A stretch of DNA of 64,000 nucleotides, taken from contig OZ024742.1 in the NCBI GenBank assembly GCA_964016885.1, positions 135,594,001 through 135,658,000 of the forward strand. The letters run 5' to 3'. The stretch's first letter is position 1; each line of letters begins with the position of its first letter. This DNA is from Eledone cirrhosa (Eukaryota). Of this stretch, positions 12,450 to 25,465 are shown piece by piece. A program made the position numbers and the translations under genes. The notes below the pieces were generated by a model. The model was not told the DNA's origin. It worked only from the letters and a program-made list of their open reading frames with translations, and made no database searches.

Positions 12450-13229
12450 GTTTTCGAGGTTCTATGTTGGCAGTTGATGAAAAAATCCGCTCTCCTATTG
12501 ATTAATAGGGGGGCGCCTCTAATAATATTAAAGGTTTCAGCTATACATAAATTACGGACGCCAGTGCTGCCGTTATATTGCTGGGGTGAGCAAACTATGG
12601 ACCAGGATAAGGAGTGCTCTATATTCTGTCGTTTAATCTTCCAGACTAATTCCTAAAGTGCCGTGCAATTTTATTTTATCTAATCTATTAAAGGTAAGTG
12701 GGTGATTATACCATCTATCCTTAAATTCAGTGGCATTTGCCCCAACATACCTGAAGGTTCCATCTAAAGTGTGGACCTTACAGTCGTAGACTATGTTTTT
12801 GGTGAGGCATTTCCCAGCCATGTGGGAAGTGGCGGTGTTCCTGCAATTACATTTGCTGTTATCGACCTGGGTAGTTCCAGGGGAACCACGGTTTTTCTGG
12901 GGTCGGGTCTCAGTTCTTGTCTGCTCTATGGGTAAGTTCCCAGAGGTTAGGGTGACCCGACTCGCCCCACGTGTATGAGTCCGTTCATCCATAGAGCTGC
13001 CATTAGTTCTGCCATGTCTCATCCCCTCTTGGGCTGTCCTAAGTCTACTATAATACATCTTATCTATATTCTGAGTTATGTTACTGGTTGTGGAATAGGA
13101 CAGCTTGATGGTATTCCTATTGAATATTTTATAGTATATGTGTGATCTAGTAAAGCATTTGTCTAAGGTCCTAAAGAAAAGCTTAGCTATACTTGTGGTC
13201 AGGCGAGTGGAGTAAGGGGGTTTATACAC
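12450..13229 (-). pseudogene. Penelope linker and GIY-YIG endonuclease remnant
   Basis: PPYS...LDKCF...YKIFNRNTIKLSYS...CNCRN...GKCLTKNIVYDCKV...YVGANATEFKDRWYNH; frameshifted after about 12650. Confidence 0.85.
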
Positions 13230-14119
13230 AGGATTTTTCTGGTCCGATGCCTCTTGTTCTTACTATCTATACTAGAGTTACCTGTCTCCTTAGTTGCTAC
13301 TGGTCTATTATAACTGAAAACTGCCTGTGGGTCGATGGTGTTCTGGGGTGTCCCGATTGTGTTTGGAATCGTCCCAAGTCTCCGGGGCGGCTATTGGGAT
13401 TACCCTCGATAGCCGGGGTTATATTCACTATTCGCCTGCTACATTTATCCCTATTCCCTCTACCCGACCCTCGTTCCATGTTACGTCCAACGGTTGTTTT
13501 ATCAGTTCTACAATAAAGGTTACCATTAGAGTTTCCGCTGGCATGACGGTGCTCAGACCCCGTGTTTGTACCTGGGTGATTGTTTCCATTGGTACCATCG
13601 ACATTGGGACAAGGAGGCAATACAACATGAAGTCTATATTGATCCTCCTACATCCTCAAATTGAGATTTTACCAATATAACATTTGTTGTTTTGTAAACT
13701 AACTTTCGGTGAATACTATGTTGGTATATGTATCTATTTTTTCTTTGACCTCGCGTCTGTGTGTGTGGGTGTGTGTGTACTCACTCACACTAACTGTGAC
13801 CCTCTATAGTTCTACAGATTTGATGCTATGTGGGGATATGTATATATATATATATATTTGACCTCGCGTCGTGTGTGTGTGAGTGTGTGTGTATCCATTC
13901 ACATTGACTGTGACCGACTGTAATTCTAAAGATATGATTGATGTCCAGCGTCTTTTACAGCTATTGGGAGATAGAGACTTGATAGTTGTATGACCCTAAC
14001 TGAAGACGATAGCAGTTGCCGTGTTTTGACTGCTTGATCTTCATATGAGGGACTAAACTCTGTGAGTGAAGATTGTTATTTTTTCTCCCTCATATCAAGG
14101 ATTTGAAGACAATTCATTT

Positions 14120-14193
14120 TCACCTGACGAGATCAGTGATAATCGATCATGGCTACACGATCGATCTATCTCTTATTGAAACATGTGTCGTGA
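14120..14193 (+). ncRNA. Type I hammerhead ribozyme (inverted pseudo-LTR copy)
   Basis: tcac-CTGACGA-gatcagtgataatcgatcatggctacacgatcgatctatctcttatt-GAAA-C(ATGT)G-TC-gtga. Confidence 0.8.
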
Positions 14194-14409
14194 TTAAAAT
14201 GATTGGAAATTTATACCATGCCTTCGGATCTTTATTTTGATACAAATACTCCGTTTTACATGATCTAGCTGTTCCCATAAATGGAATTGGAGATATACAA
14301 AAGCGTGGAGAACTCAATATTGCTGACAAAAATGTATTGGACAGTTTGACACAACCAATAATACACCTTACTATATAACAACTATATATATATATATATA
14401 GTTGTTATA

Positions 14410-14430
14410 TAGTAAGGCAAACCCATACGA

Positions 14431-14481
<51 letters not shown>

Positions 14482-15050
14482 TGCATGTATGTATGTATAT
14501 ACATACTACTGTACCTCTGTATACATATATGTATGTACGTATACATACTTATATTTAAGTATCAGCCATACTAACAGTAAGAAATAAAATTTTGTTTTTT
14601 CCATTTATCGTTTTCGGTACGCCCGGCCGAGTAACTCACTCCATATGCAAATTAGGCTGCTCAGCCGTTAATATGCATAAGGAAAGCATATAATTTCAAA
14701 CGTTCAATCGATTGACAAGAAGGTATACGTTGCTGATGACAGTTAATAAGCTAGAAACTAGTTCATCGTTCATTTGACAGTGTTGAACAAAATGGCAACG
14801 ATGGTTGCCGAACACTGTACAGCTTAATACGGGCTGTTTGTTTACAAACAAACCGAACATTATAATAAATGTTCGGTAAACTCATAAGTACATATATATA
14901 TGTGTGCATGTATGTATGTATATACATGCTACTGTACGTCTCTATACATATATGTATGTACGTATACATACTTATATATATATACATATATATATATATA
15001 CATACATGCTACTGTACGTCTCTATACATATATGTATGTACGTATACATA

Positions 15051-15093
<43 letters not shown>

Positions 15094-15136
15094 GCTACTG
15101 TACGTCTCTATACATATATGTATGTACGTATACATA

Positions 15137-15140
<4 letters not shown>
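14410..15140 (+). mobile_element. Retrozyme-like non-coding element, family A
   Basis: Terminal direct repeat (catactactgtacgtctctatacatatatgtatgtacgtatacatactta) and an internal HHR; homologous to 28103-28635 and 40555-41230. Confidence 0.7.
14727..14769 (+). ncRNA. Minimal hammerhead ribozyme (family A)
   Basis: acgttg-CTGATGA-cagttaataagcta-GAAA-C(TA)G-TT-catcgt. Confidence 0.65.
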
Positions 15141-15195
<55 letters not shown>

Positions 15196-16504
15196 GTATA
15201 TGGGTTGGGAGAGATTGAAAAAGAAAGAGAGAGCGGACTCAGGCGTAAATATATAAATATGTGTGCGGCGGTGTATGTTTGTGTACAGTAAATGTCAATG
15301 TGCGTTTGTAAGATTCTGTTCCCTTATATATGAATGTGCGCTTGTACGAATGTGTGGTCTTCCTTTCACCACAGATAATCACTTTAACTGACCTCTCGGT
15401 TTCAGATTACTTACATACACTCCCCCACCCCCCTCCTGACTCTTTTCAACATCTCACAGACTCTCCGACGTATTCAGTGTTTATTTTTAGTATTGTCGTT
15501 TTTGTTGTTGTTACGGTTATAATTGTTATTGTTGCTGTTGTTATTTGTGGTGGTGGTGGTGGTGGTGGTGGTGGTGGTGATGGTGGGGTTGTTGTTTTTG
15601 CAGATGTCTTTGTTGTTGTTTTCCTTATTCACGTCTTTAACATTGTATATGTTTATAATTGCTTGTATTCCGTGTGGCATCAAGGATATAACGAATGTTT
15701 GTCACTCAACATTTGCACGTTCAAATCTCTGAGAAAACTTCTTTTTTTTTTTCTATTTTAGTTTAATTCTGGACTGACAAATTTTTAGTACATCATTTGT
15801 ATATGTTTCGGATTCCTTACTCGGTTGACAAATGACTTGATCTGACACTCTCTGTCGGTAATGTAACATTAACTTTGTGAAAAAGAAATTTTATAAATAA
15901 ATCATACACATAATCATACATACACGCAATGGCACACACACACACACACACACACAAACTCACCATTTATACTCACTTTTCATTTAATTCACTGTGTCAA
16001 AATCGTTGTTACAATTCTGCGACTAGGTTACTGACACATTTCTACGGGTTCCCAAATTTTAGTCATAGATGCAATTCCACTATTCCTTGTGGTTATTTTA
16101 TTTGAAATGGTGTACTTAAAAATATCAGGTTAAGCATTGCGCTATATGCTATGCAGGAGAGTCAACGACGGAGTTTTTGCACTGTCGTTCATGCCTGCTT
16201 GAAAAAGAAGCCAAATTCATTCTCATGAAAGAGAATTCAGTCTCTGATGATATGCAAAAAATATTCCAAATCAAGTAGTTTACATTTTGGGTAAATATGA
16301 ATATAACAATACTATGCAGACGAATTACCAGTCCTACATCGGATCTAAGCCGAAGTAACATTGGGGGTTTATTCTCAGTCGCCGGAATATTGTGGGAAAT
16401 AACCAAATCTCCTTCAAATCCAATTCACTTTATTAGAAAGAGAAATCTTCGGTAAATAATATAGACAGAGATAGCATTAAAACCTATGGTCATGGCTAAG
16501 ATAC

Positions 16505-17200
16505 TTAGCGGAGTCCGACTCCCTCATTGAATGGTTTCGATTTAGCACCATTATCCAAATACAAATATTCGGGCATCCATATAGAGATATCAGGGCAACA
16601 AGATGCTGAACATTGATCCCATACTCATGCAGTATATTTTACAGCAGATCCCGTGGAATGCGGCTATATGGCTTTTCATGGTCTTCAAAGGAAGAATACA
16701 CCTTTTGGAAGTACTCCCACGATTTTTCAAAGACCTGCCTCAGTGTGAAACGTGTTGGTCGGCTGTGCTGCGTGGAGAAAACCACACTGTTCATCAGCGA
16801 GCTTGGACTCCACAATCTCCCCACATCTTTTTACCAAACACTTAGTTTAGTCTCTACCGGAGAGCCTTAACAAGGAGATCCCTCTATAATTGGAACAATC
16901 TCTCTTGTCGCCCTTTTTGAAAATTGGGATTATCATACCAGATTGCCATTGATTAGGTATCTTTCCAGAGATTCAGGCCACCCAGCACACACAACATGTC
17001 GGACCGAATTTCATCCTCCCTATCGGCCTTGTTACATTTGAGCTCTTAAATTGCTCTTATGACCTCAGCCGCCGAGAGATTAGTCATTGATCCTTGATGC
17101 AATTCGTGTACCTCAGTAGATGCTGTTGTGATCGTGTTTAGATTAGCAAAGTATTCTCTCCACCTCGCGATGATGTAGCTCTCAGAAGAGAGGAGATCTC
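16505..17200 (-). pseudogene. RTE-clade LINE reverse transcriptase fragment
   Basis: FTLRQVFEKSWEYFQKVYSSFEDHEKPYSRIPRDLL matches the RTE RT motif (FTLRQ..EK..E....Y..FVD.EKAYD.VPR). Confidence 0.75.
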
Positions 17201-18070
17201 AAGTCGGATTCCTGGTAGTAGGCCTGGAGTGGGTGTTCGGGTTATTTATATTACGAAGTCAGCGGATGGTCATATGCCCTAATGGGAAACGTCAATGCAC
17301 ATGTTGCCACTAACCATCTGATATGGAAAAAAGTGATTGGAAAGCACGGCTATCCCGATATAAATACGGATGGGGTGGCCTTATTAGACTTCTTTTCTAG
17401 CAATGGACTCTCTATTATGAACACCTTCATCCAGCACAGAGCCATCCATAAATATACATGGTATAAGCAGAATAAGCGACAAAGATCAATAATTGATTTT
17501 GTTATTGTCTCTGATCTCTTCCAGTCTGTGCTGGATGTTCATGTTAAGAGAAGGCCTGAGCAGTCAATTGATCACCATCTAGTTATCTACATCTTGAGAC
17601 TACCTAAAGCCAAAGAATCCCACAAAACTGAAAACTGACAGGTCCAGGTCTACCTACAGGATAAAGCGTGAAGCGTTGGTGGATAAGGAAATCAGGACCA
17701 GGTATACAGATACTATTGAATCCAAATTTAGAGAAGTTCCTGAGCAAACTGAGGTCGTTGAAACAAAGTGGAGATTGTTCAGCTCAACAGTTTCTGCTTC
17801 AACCGTTAAATGCTGGAAGCAAAAGAGCCTTGGTGTAGCATCGGAAGGCAGGGGTATTCTTTCCTTCAATCAAGGGGTCAAAGATGCCATCCGCGCAAAG
17901 AAGAGGGCCGACAAAACATAGCTTGGAAATAAGTCCTCTTTCCTGCACTTGCGGTACAAGCAGGCACAAAGAATCGTAGCAGAGACAGTAAAGGCCTCCC
18001 AACTTAAGACATGGAGGGCTTTCCAGTTAAGCTGGAATCCGACTTCAGAAGAATTAGAACGTCTATAAAA
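17200..18070 (+). pseudogene. RTE-clade LINE APE endonuclease and linker fragment
   Basis: MGNVNAHV...VIGKHG...NTDGVALLDF...LSIMNTF...YTWY...SIIDFVIVS...IDHHLV. Confidence 0.8.
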
Positions 18071-18173
18071 CAACAGTTATTCCTGATGCTGATGCTGCTA
18101 CGATTATCACCATCACTACCACCACAACCACTCCGACCAGCACCGCCACCACCACCACTGCTACTACTACTAT

Positions 18174-18212
<39 letters not shown>

Positions 18213-18670
18213 CACACGGAGAGTCGGAACAAATACCGACACTCTATCGGCCCTGTCAATTTATCACTTCAAATTAGACACATGAATTTTCAAAGTCTTC
18301 TATGACTGATAGGAAATTGGGAGGAAGGTATTTTCAAACGTTACACCTGGGCAGTATGCTTGTAACAGACGTATGTTGTATTAAAGTGATCCGAGAGTCT
18401 CATATTTCAGTTATCTACCAGTTTTCTTTGTCACACTTACCTCATAGATCTACACTCATCGATTGATAGACCCTCAGCGTAGCTCAACATGATGCAAGTA
18501 GCAGCCAAATCCCCCTCGAATCACATTTAACCTTCTTAAAAAATGTACATCTCAAATGAAAAATATAAGACCTGTTATACAAAAACTAGGCCATGTCATG
18601 CTCTGAAATCTATTAATTAAAGATATGGTTAATCAAGTCTTAACAGTTTTGATTATAGTAACACATGATC

Positions 18671-18810
18671 AATAATGGTTTCTGATGTAGGCCAAGGAGA
18701 GCAATTTTGGGAAAAGGGAAAAATCGATTAAATTGATGCCAGTGCGTTACTGGTATTTTATTTTATTGATCCTAGGAGAGATTTGAACTCAGAACGTAAA
18801 GGGCTGAAAC
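18671..18810 (-). mobile_element. SINE copy (degenerate)
   Basis: aataatggtttct...ccagtgcgttactggtattttattttattga...atttgaactcagaacgtaaagggc. Confidence 0.6.
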
Positions 18811-18989
18811 AACATCAGGGCATCCCCGTGTAATTTTACTCCCGTCTTCGTTTTAAACTAAAGTCACTACTTACACGTTTTCATTGGCCTGAAAGAACTT
18901 AGAAATATTATAGGTACCGCTCCGCCTTCTTTCGCTAAATTTTATTTACAAAAACATCCTTTCCCCTTTTAAACTTATCCACAAGCTGT

Positions 18990-19054
<65 letters not shown>

Positions 19055-20848
19055 TATTTACTCACTACTACTATTACTACTACTAATACAAATATTAACC
19101 AAATTGAATATCCTCCTGTTTCTGTTTGTTTTAATGAATGAGTGTGATGATGTATATAGGATGGCTGTGTTTATCATTTATCTTGCCAAAGTTTCCTTCC
19201 TCTAACCACAGTTTATCGCTCACTCTATCCATCATCGCAATTCATAAAATATTACTGTAGTCCAAACGATAGTAGAGCAATCGAGATAGAGGGTGAGAAT
19301 AAGCACCTTTGTTGCTGTAAATTTAGTACCGAATCAATCGTGAGCAAGCACGTTCAACCCAGGACCATCGTGTTTTTTCAGGGGTATATAGAAAAATGCA
19401 TCTTCCAATGTATCATTCCCTTCAAACTCAGGTCAGTTCTCATTGAATGCAACTCACAGACGAATGTTTATATTTAAATGATGACCCAGTCTAGCATACC
19501 ATATCATTCGTCATGCGATAACGGGGAATATTATGGTGTGCTGTGTGGAAGTCTCGACCTGTGGACGCAGCATGAACGAGTGCTTAAAATTTCAGTTTAC
19601 AATCATTACATCTCGGCTGCGATGCCACTGCATGCTACTTAGACAAGTGTCATTTAACATAACTCTTCTTCTTCCTCTTCTTCTTCTTCTTCTTGGATCG
19701 AGAGGGCAAATACCTCAAACACTCCTTTCAGTGGATCCTATCAAAAGTAACTGTTTCTAATTGATCCGATTGGAACTAGAAATTTACATAATGTTATTTC
19801 TCTCTGTTCATCAATTGTTGTACCTTTGAGTGCTTTAGACACTCAATTCATGTATGATACCGCTTCCATTACATATGTGTGTGTGAGAGTGTGTTTTATA
19901 TTTGTCCTGAGGTGGTCAGTATTGGTGTGGATTATTTTGGTTGTGTCATAGTTGTTGTATATTTAGAATAATTATACACACGATTGTGTGTCCATAATTA
20001 TTCTTTTGAAGTTGATTTGCATTGCACAAGTTGCCGATTTTAGTTTTATTGAATTCTGGAAGCCCTTGGTTCTGACTCTTAATGGAAATCGTTCTATCGT
20101 AATTTTTGGAAATGTGTAAAAGCGTTTTGCCTTCTTCAGTCGGGTGAAAGTTCGCTGCGAATATCATTTGTAGGTTGTCCAAAATCATTTTGGATGTTAC
20201 TTGCTATGTGTTTGTTGTAGCTGTATATTAATTGTTGTTGTAGCCTTGGTGAGGTATGTATACTTAGTGTACACTGTTTATAATATAAGGAGAGTATAAT
20301 TGTGATTAAATTGCCTTTATACTTTCTTGTATTGAATCCAAGTTTTAATTTTATATATGAGGCAAAAGGTGGGCTTGAGAAACTGCTTAATCTAGCTATA
20401 ATATAATTTGAAATGCTAGATGTTCCTTTCCGTGTTTTAGAGGTGAGACTGTTTCCTGAATTATTGGTTATGTGAATGTCGTGCGTGATGATAAAACTTT
20501 GGCTTCCAATAGTGATTTAGTGTTGTTAATGTCATATTGAAATTTAGTATGTAATGTGTGTGAAAAGGAAGCAAAAGTAGATAATGACAGTATTTCCTGT
20601 TTTATTGTTATTGTTACCTTTGCTTTTATTGCTATTTATGATGTAAAGTTGTGTTTTTCTAAGTTATATGTAAATTTTGTGGTATTTGTATGAGACTTTT
20701 GTACACATCTATTGAAAGTTACAATCGTAGGTGTCTTAGAACTGGCTTTGTGCAGAGTCGTAGCTACTGTCGAACTGCTACAAATCAGTGATATATAAGT
20801 ATATATATATACAAATCAGGATGGATGCAGTAAAAGCCAGTTAGACAA

Positions 20849-20997
20849 TTACTCACCAGAGTACTCGATACTTGGGTAGTATAGAGAGGGTAATATAAAG
20901 GATTCGGGACCCCGACGTCTGAGCTCCTGTCGTTTCAAAAAGTTTGGATCTAGTTGGTGAAACGGCAAGAGCTCAGCCGTCGGGGTCCCGAATCCTT
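20849..20997. mobile_element. Fold-back element, family H (hairpin carrying the 3' half of an HHR)
   Basis: Hairpin 20898-20997 with GAAA-CGGC(AAGAGCTCA)GCCG-TC-GGGG; flank homologous to 31744-31780. Confidence 0.65.
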
Positions 20998-21009
20998 CAT
21001 TCACACACA

Positions 21010-21099
<90 letters not shown>

Positions 21100-22657
21100 T
21101 GCTCAGCGAAGTTTGGACAATCAATATCGGAGTCGATTACAACTTGTTCAACAAACCTTCTCGTCATGCCCAATATGTCTTCTTTCTTGACATATTATAT
21201 TTAGTATTAGTTTATTATTTATATCTATTAAGGTTTCGAAGTTAGGAAAGTATATGAAGAGGTGATTTCAATTCCTTGCATGTCAAGTGACTTCGTAAAG
21301 ATTACTGTGTTAGAAAATGTTATTATCGTTTTTGTTGCTGCGTCTTGTGGTGAAGGTCATGATAATGGAGGATTTAATAGCGCTGAAGGGAACTGATAAA
21401 AGATAGAATAAAGAATAATAGCGGGGCGGGAATGTCTCTGAAAGGACGAGAGAAGATAAGAGGAGTTTGGAAGTTTTGTTATTTCTTTGTATTATTTTTT
21501 AGTATTTTGAGTTATTTGAGTGTCGATTGCCTCCATGGCCCTCCGATGTCTATCACCACTGCCACAACCACCACCAACAACTTCGCACCCGAAACACAGC
21601 GTTATATAGAATTACATAGCTGATCAAAATCTGCCTAACACTGGCACATCTGACACTAGCATCAACTGATAAAAGTAAAGAACTTTCTTATAATATGTTA
21701 AGCGTTCATTTAAAAGTTATCTTCCACCTTCGATCCTCTGTTATAACACTAAGAATGACATTCTGTAAATTGAAGCTTTGTTAGTTTGTTGGTTAGTTTA
21801 GACTGTTGGCACCTCTTAGTCTCTTCCACTATCGCACCCTCTTTCTAACCAATTTGTTTTAGTTAGTACAATGTTAAAGCATGGCTAAGTTGGTAGCACG
21901 CATCTTGCAGTTAGCATTTAACGGTTTCTGCTGGAAAAAAATTCTAATCTAAAAGCGGACGACAATTCTGATCTAAAATCGTTGATTTTCTCGTGACATG
22001 GAGTACTCAGAAGATTTCGTTGAACCAGGGTAGTACATGTTGTGTCGTTCCCAGTGGGGGAAAAAGTCAAAAGTGAATGTCCCCTTATTCAGAACGTAAA
22101 TGGGTTTAATTGAATATCAGAATGGAGATGCTGTCAAGACTTTGCTCTCCACCTCCCTCAGTGTGCAAAATGATAAGGAGAAAATATCCATGTTTAAAAC
22201 AGAGAAATATGTTTTTCAGACGTAGCTCTATGGATGTAGACGATATATTTTCATATTCATATGTACATCACACAGACGGTAGCATTGCTGTTTACGAAAA
22301 GTTTGGACAATTTTGAAAATGTGTAATCCATTGGCTTTTGTTTGTAAATTGATCTCACATTTCATATAATGATTAGAAAATATTCGAAAAACTCTGTTAA
22401 ATTATAGCTTTGCTTATAATTTATTTTTCTAGTTTAATGTTATGACGCCTATTTATGCGCTGAAAGTTTGACCAGGTTATTTAGTACAATGGGATTCATG
22501 GCCATCTGCATTGTGTAGATGCGTGTTTCAATTCCAGCAGGCGTCATGTTTTTTCTGTGTCCAAGGATAATTTACCAAACATATACGACAATTTTACAGC
22601 TAATAGATGAATTGTGGCAGCTGTTCACAATAGAAGAAAATAATTATATATATATAT

Positions 22658-22704
<47 letters not shown>

Positions 22705-22761
22705 AATGCATATGTGTGTAGCTGAGGATTCACTTAGATATTCACACACACACACACACAC

Positions 22762-22884
<123 letters not shown>

Positions 22885-23129
22885 CTGAGATTCAACTACT
22901 CAGACATTCTCGCCCGATAGAAACTGTGTACTATTGAAGAATATAAATTAATGCTCTTGTCATACAATATTTGCAGTGATAAAAGTGAAACAATTGATTT
23001 TTTTCTCATAAAGTATTTGGTTTTCCCAAGACACACACCGACGACATACATACACACACACACAAACACATACTCACACACACACATGCATACATGCACG
23101 CAGACACGCACACACACACACACTCACCT

Positions 23130-23177
<48 letters not shown>

Positions 23178-23428
23178 TTTAATATAGAAATGGTTTATTG
23201 AGTATCTTATTTAATAGGTCCTGGGTTCAATCAGAGGTAATCACAGTAAAAAAAGGTACTCAATACATGATGATTTCCTTCGAATGAAACAGTTCTACCA
23301 GTTCTACATTAAATTACTTACAAATATATATATATATATATATAGTCCAGAAATAGCCGTCGAAATGGCTTGAACTCTACTGTTGGGGTCTTGAACATTT
23401 TCATATATATATGTATATATATATATAT

Positions 23429-23775
23429 CTAGGGCGGGTAAAATTCCCGAGATTCATGGACGAGTTCTCTCCAGCGGTCTCTGTCCCTCATTATCGTCTC
23501 CAACAGACCAGTATGTGTCCTTAGGGTATCAACATATGTTAACGTCGGTCTTCCTCTTCCAGTGTGTCTATGCAGGGGAACCCACAGGAGCACTGAGTGC
23601 AGTGTCAATTCTGGATGTCGGTGAGCATGTCCGGCTAACCTCAGTCTCCTCTGTGTCACTTTTCAGCTGACTTTTGGGAGGCTCCCATACAGCTCTAACT
23701 TTTTCATCCTCAGTGTATACTGATTAATGTTCAGAGCCATCCTCAGCATTCTCGTGTAGCACCCATCCACCATGT
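23429..23775 (-). pseudogene. RTE-X-type LINE 3' fragment
   Basis: MVDGCYTRMLRMALNI and QRRLRLAGHAHRHPEL...VLLWVPLH...GRGRPTLTYVDTL; ends at (TA)n. Confidence 0.75.
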
Positions 23776-23839
23776 ATAAACATATATATATGATTCAAAA
23801 TATTAATAAATGAAAAGTATTCTTATAATCAAAATATAT

Positions 23840-23900
23840 ATTTTATTATACATATTTCAAAGGTACAATGGTGTTTAAGTACGTTTTCATCAGACAAAAT
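23840..23900 (-). ncRNA. Type I hammerhead ribozyme
   Basis: Minus strand: attttgt-CTGATGA-aaacgtac(ttaaacaccatt)gtaccttt-GAAA-T(ATGT)A-TA-ataaaat. Confidence 0.7.
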
Positions 23901-23972
23901 GTAAGATTTGATATGCGACATACCGCTACGGTTTTGATTATTCAATTCCAGTAGTTTCATATCAAATCTTAT

Positions 23973-24033
23973 ATTTTGCCTGATGAAAACGTACTTAAAC
24001 ACCATTGTACCTTTGAAATATGTATAATAAAAT
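23973..24033 (+). ncRNA. Type I hammerhead ribozyme (mirror copy)
   Basis: attttgc-CTGATGA-aaacgtac...gtaccttt-GAAA-T(ATGT)A-TA-ataaaat. Confidence 0.65.
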
Positions 24034-24169
24034 ATATATTTTGATTATGAGAATACTTTTCATTTATTAATATTTTGAATAATATTAAATACTCCATGAA
24101 AATCTACTGTGGAGTGCTTCTAATCAATTGGAGATTGTTTAATAATCAACGAAACATATTAATCTTTGG

Positions 24170-24223
<54 letters not shown>

Positions 24224-24235
24224 CTTAAAATGGAT

Positions 24236-25187
24236 GGAGAATAAGAAGAAAGCAAGATACGGGGGAGAGTTTCCTCATCAGTTGTCTACTGGGGGTCTCG
24301 GATATTTCCAAGCTTTCATGACAAGATATCTATAGCCCAGAGCATTAAATAACTGGGTAAGTTATTGGGAAAACGGAGGAGGGAGGGAAGGAAGACAGAA
24401 GGAAAAGGGGAAGAAAATAGAAAACAACAAACCGAGCAATGTGGGAGCAACTTACGGTAAGAAAATCCAAGGCCACAGCGATAACAGAACTATATATATA
24501 TATATATATATATCTTGTTTTTAAAGCGTAGAAATATCCTAGACCTCCAGTAGACAATTGATGAGGCAAACTGCCCCCCCCCCCCGCCCACCGTTCTTGC
24601 TTTCTTCGTATTCCCACTGCATTTTAAGTTACCTTAAATAGCAACTACACAGCCATTTCTATTCTCCATATATTTCATCATGTTTTCTTTGTGACCATTC
24701 TTCTCCCCCTTCTACCTACCTATTTGGCCCCTTTCTACTCTCACCCCTCTTTCTTCCACTTCCTTTCTGCCTATCTACTCTTACCCCACTTTCTTCCTCT
24801 CCCTTTCTCTCTCGAACTTTCACCCCCTCGCCTGACCCTTTAGCAGTTCTCTTCTCACTTACAACTGTGGCGATCAGAAGTATGTCATTTGTCTCTCAAC
24901 CACTCAGTCTTGAACTTAAGTTCTCTTATCGAGTGGTCTTAGATTTCCTTACCTTAAGTTGCTCGCACATTGCTCGGTTTGTTGTATTTTTTCGCCGTCT
25001 TTTTTTGCTGTTTTCTCTTTTCTTCCATTTTACACACCTTCTCTCCCTCCTCCGTTTTCCCAATAACTTATCCAGTTATTGACGCCCTGGGGTGACATCC
25101 CTTGTCCTTAAAGCGTAGAAATCTCCGAGACCCCCTGTAGACAGCTGATGAGGACCCCCCCCCCGTTCTTGCTTTCTTCGTATTCCC
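24236..25187. repeat. Old element with inverted (24236-24490 vs 24922-25187) and direct (24512-24616) repeats, PLE-like layout
   Basis: Three diverged copies of gtagacaactgatgagg...ttcttgctttcttcgtattccc. Confidence 0.6.
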
Positions 25188-25194
25188 ACGTAAG

Positions 25195-25465
25195 GAAGAA
25201 AGTCAAAATTAACCTCGGTAGGATTTGAACTCAGATCATAAAGGGCCGTAACTACATGCTGCAAAGCATGGCGTCCGATCCTCTACCGATACTGCCAATC
25301 CATCGCTCTCATAATTATAATTGTTATTACTTTTGGCAGAAGGCCAGCAATTAACCAGTGTATTACTGGAACTTTATTTTATCGACCCCGTAAGCATGAA
25401 AGGCAAAGTTAACCTCGGCGGGATTTGAACTCAGAATGGCAATCTATACTGCCAATCCACCACCC
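25195..25465 (-). mobile_element. Two tandem SINE copies
   Basis: aacctcggtaggatttgaactcag at about 25211 and aacctcggcgggatttgaactcag at about 25411. Confidence 0.75.

Larger units (their letters stand above)
11016..14380 (-). mobile_element. 5'-truncated Penelope-like element with an inverted pseudo-LTR copy
   Basis: About 11016-11460 is the reverse complement of about 13675-14241; a GIY-YIG remnant lies between them, there is an HHR in each arm, and (TA)n flanks both sides. Confidence 0.85.
23793..24170. mobile_element. PLE-derived fold-back element (arms 23793-23915 and 23958-24080) with two HHRs
   Basis: Near-perfect inverted arms of about 123 bp with a 42-nt spacer; the right arm extends on to (TA)n. 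Confidence 0.8.

Noticed and set aside
19850-20760. Strand-biased region possibly from a decayed PLE (minus strand)
   Set aside because: Only vague similarity to a GIY-YIG C-terminus; no diagnostic motif recoverable by eye.
23265-23300. atgatga-ttc/gaa-gaaac and a similar atgacga at about 21170 (minus strand)
   Set aside because: C3 is mutated and the helices are incomplete; too degenerate to call.
25141-25160. CTGATGAG motif (related sequences at 24273 reverse and 24557)
   Set aside because: No helix II followed by GAAA at a compatible spacing, so a hammerhead cannot be assembled.
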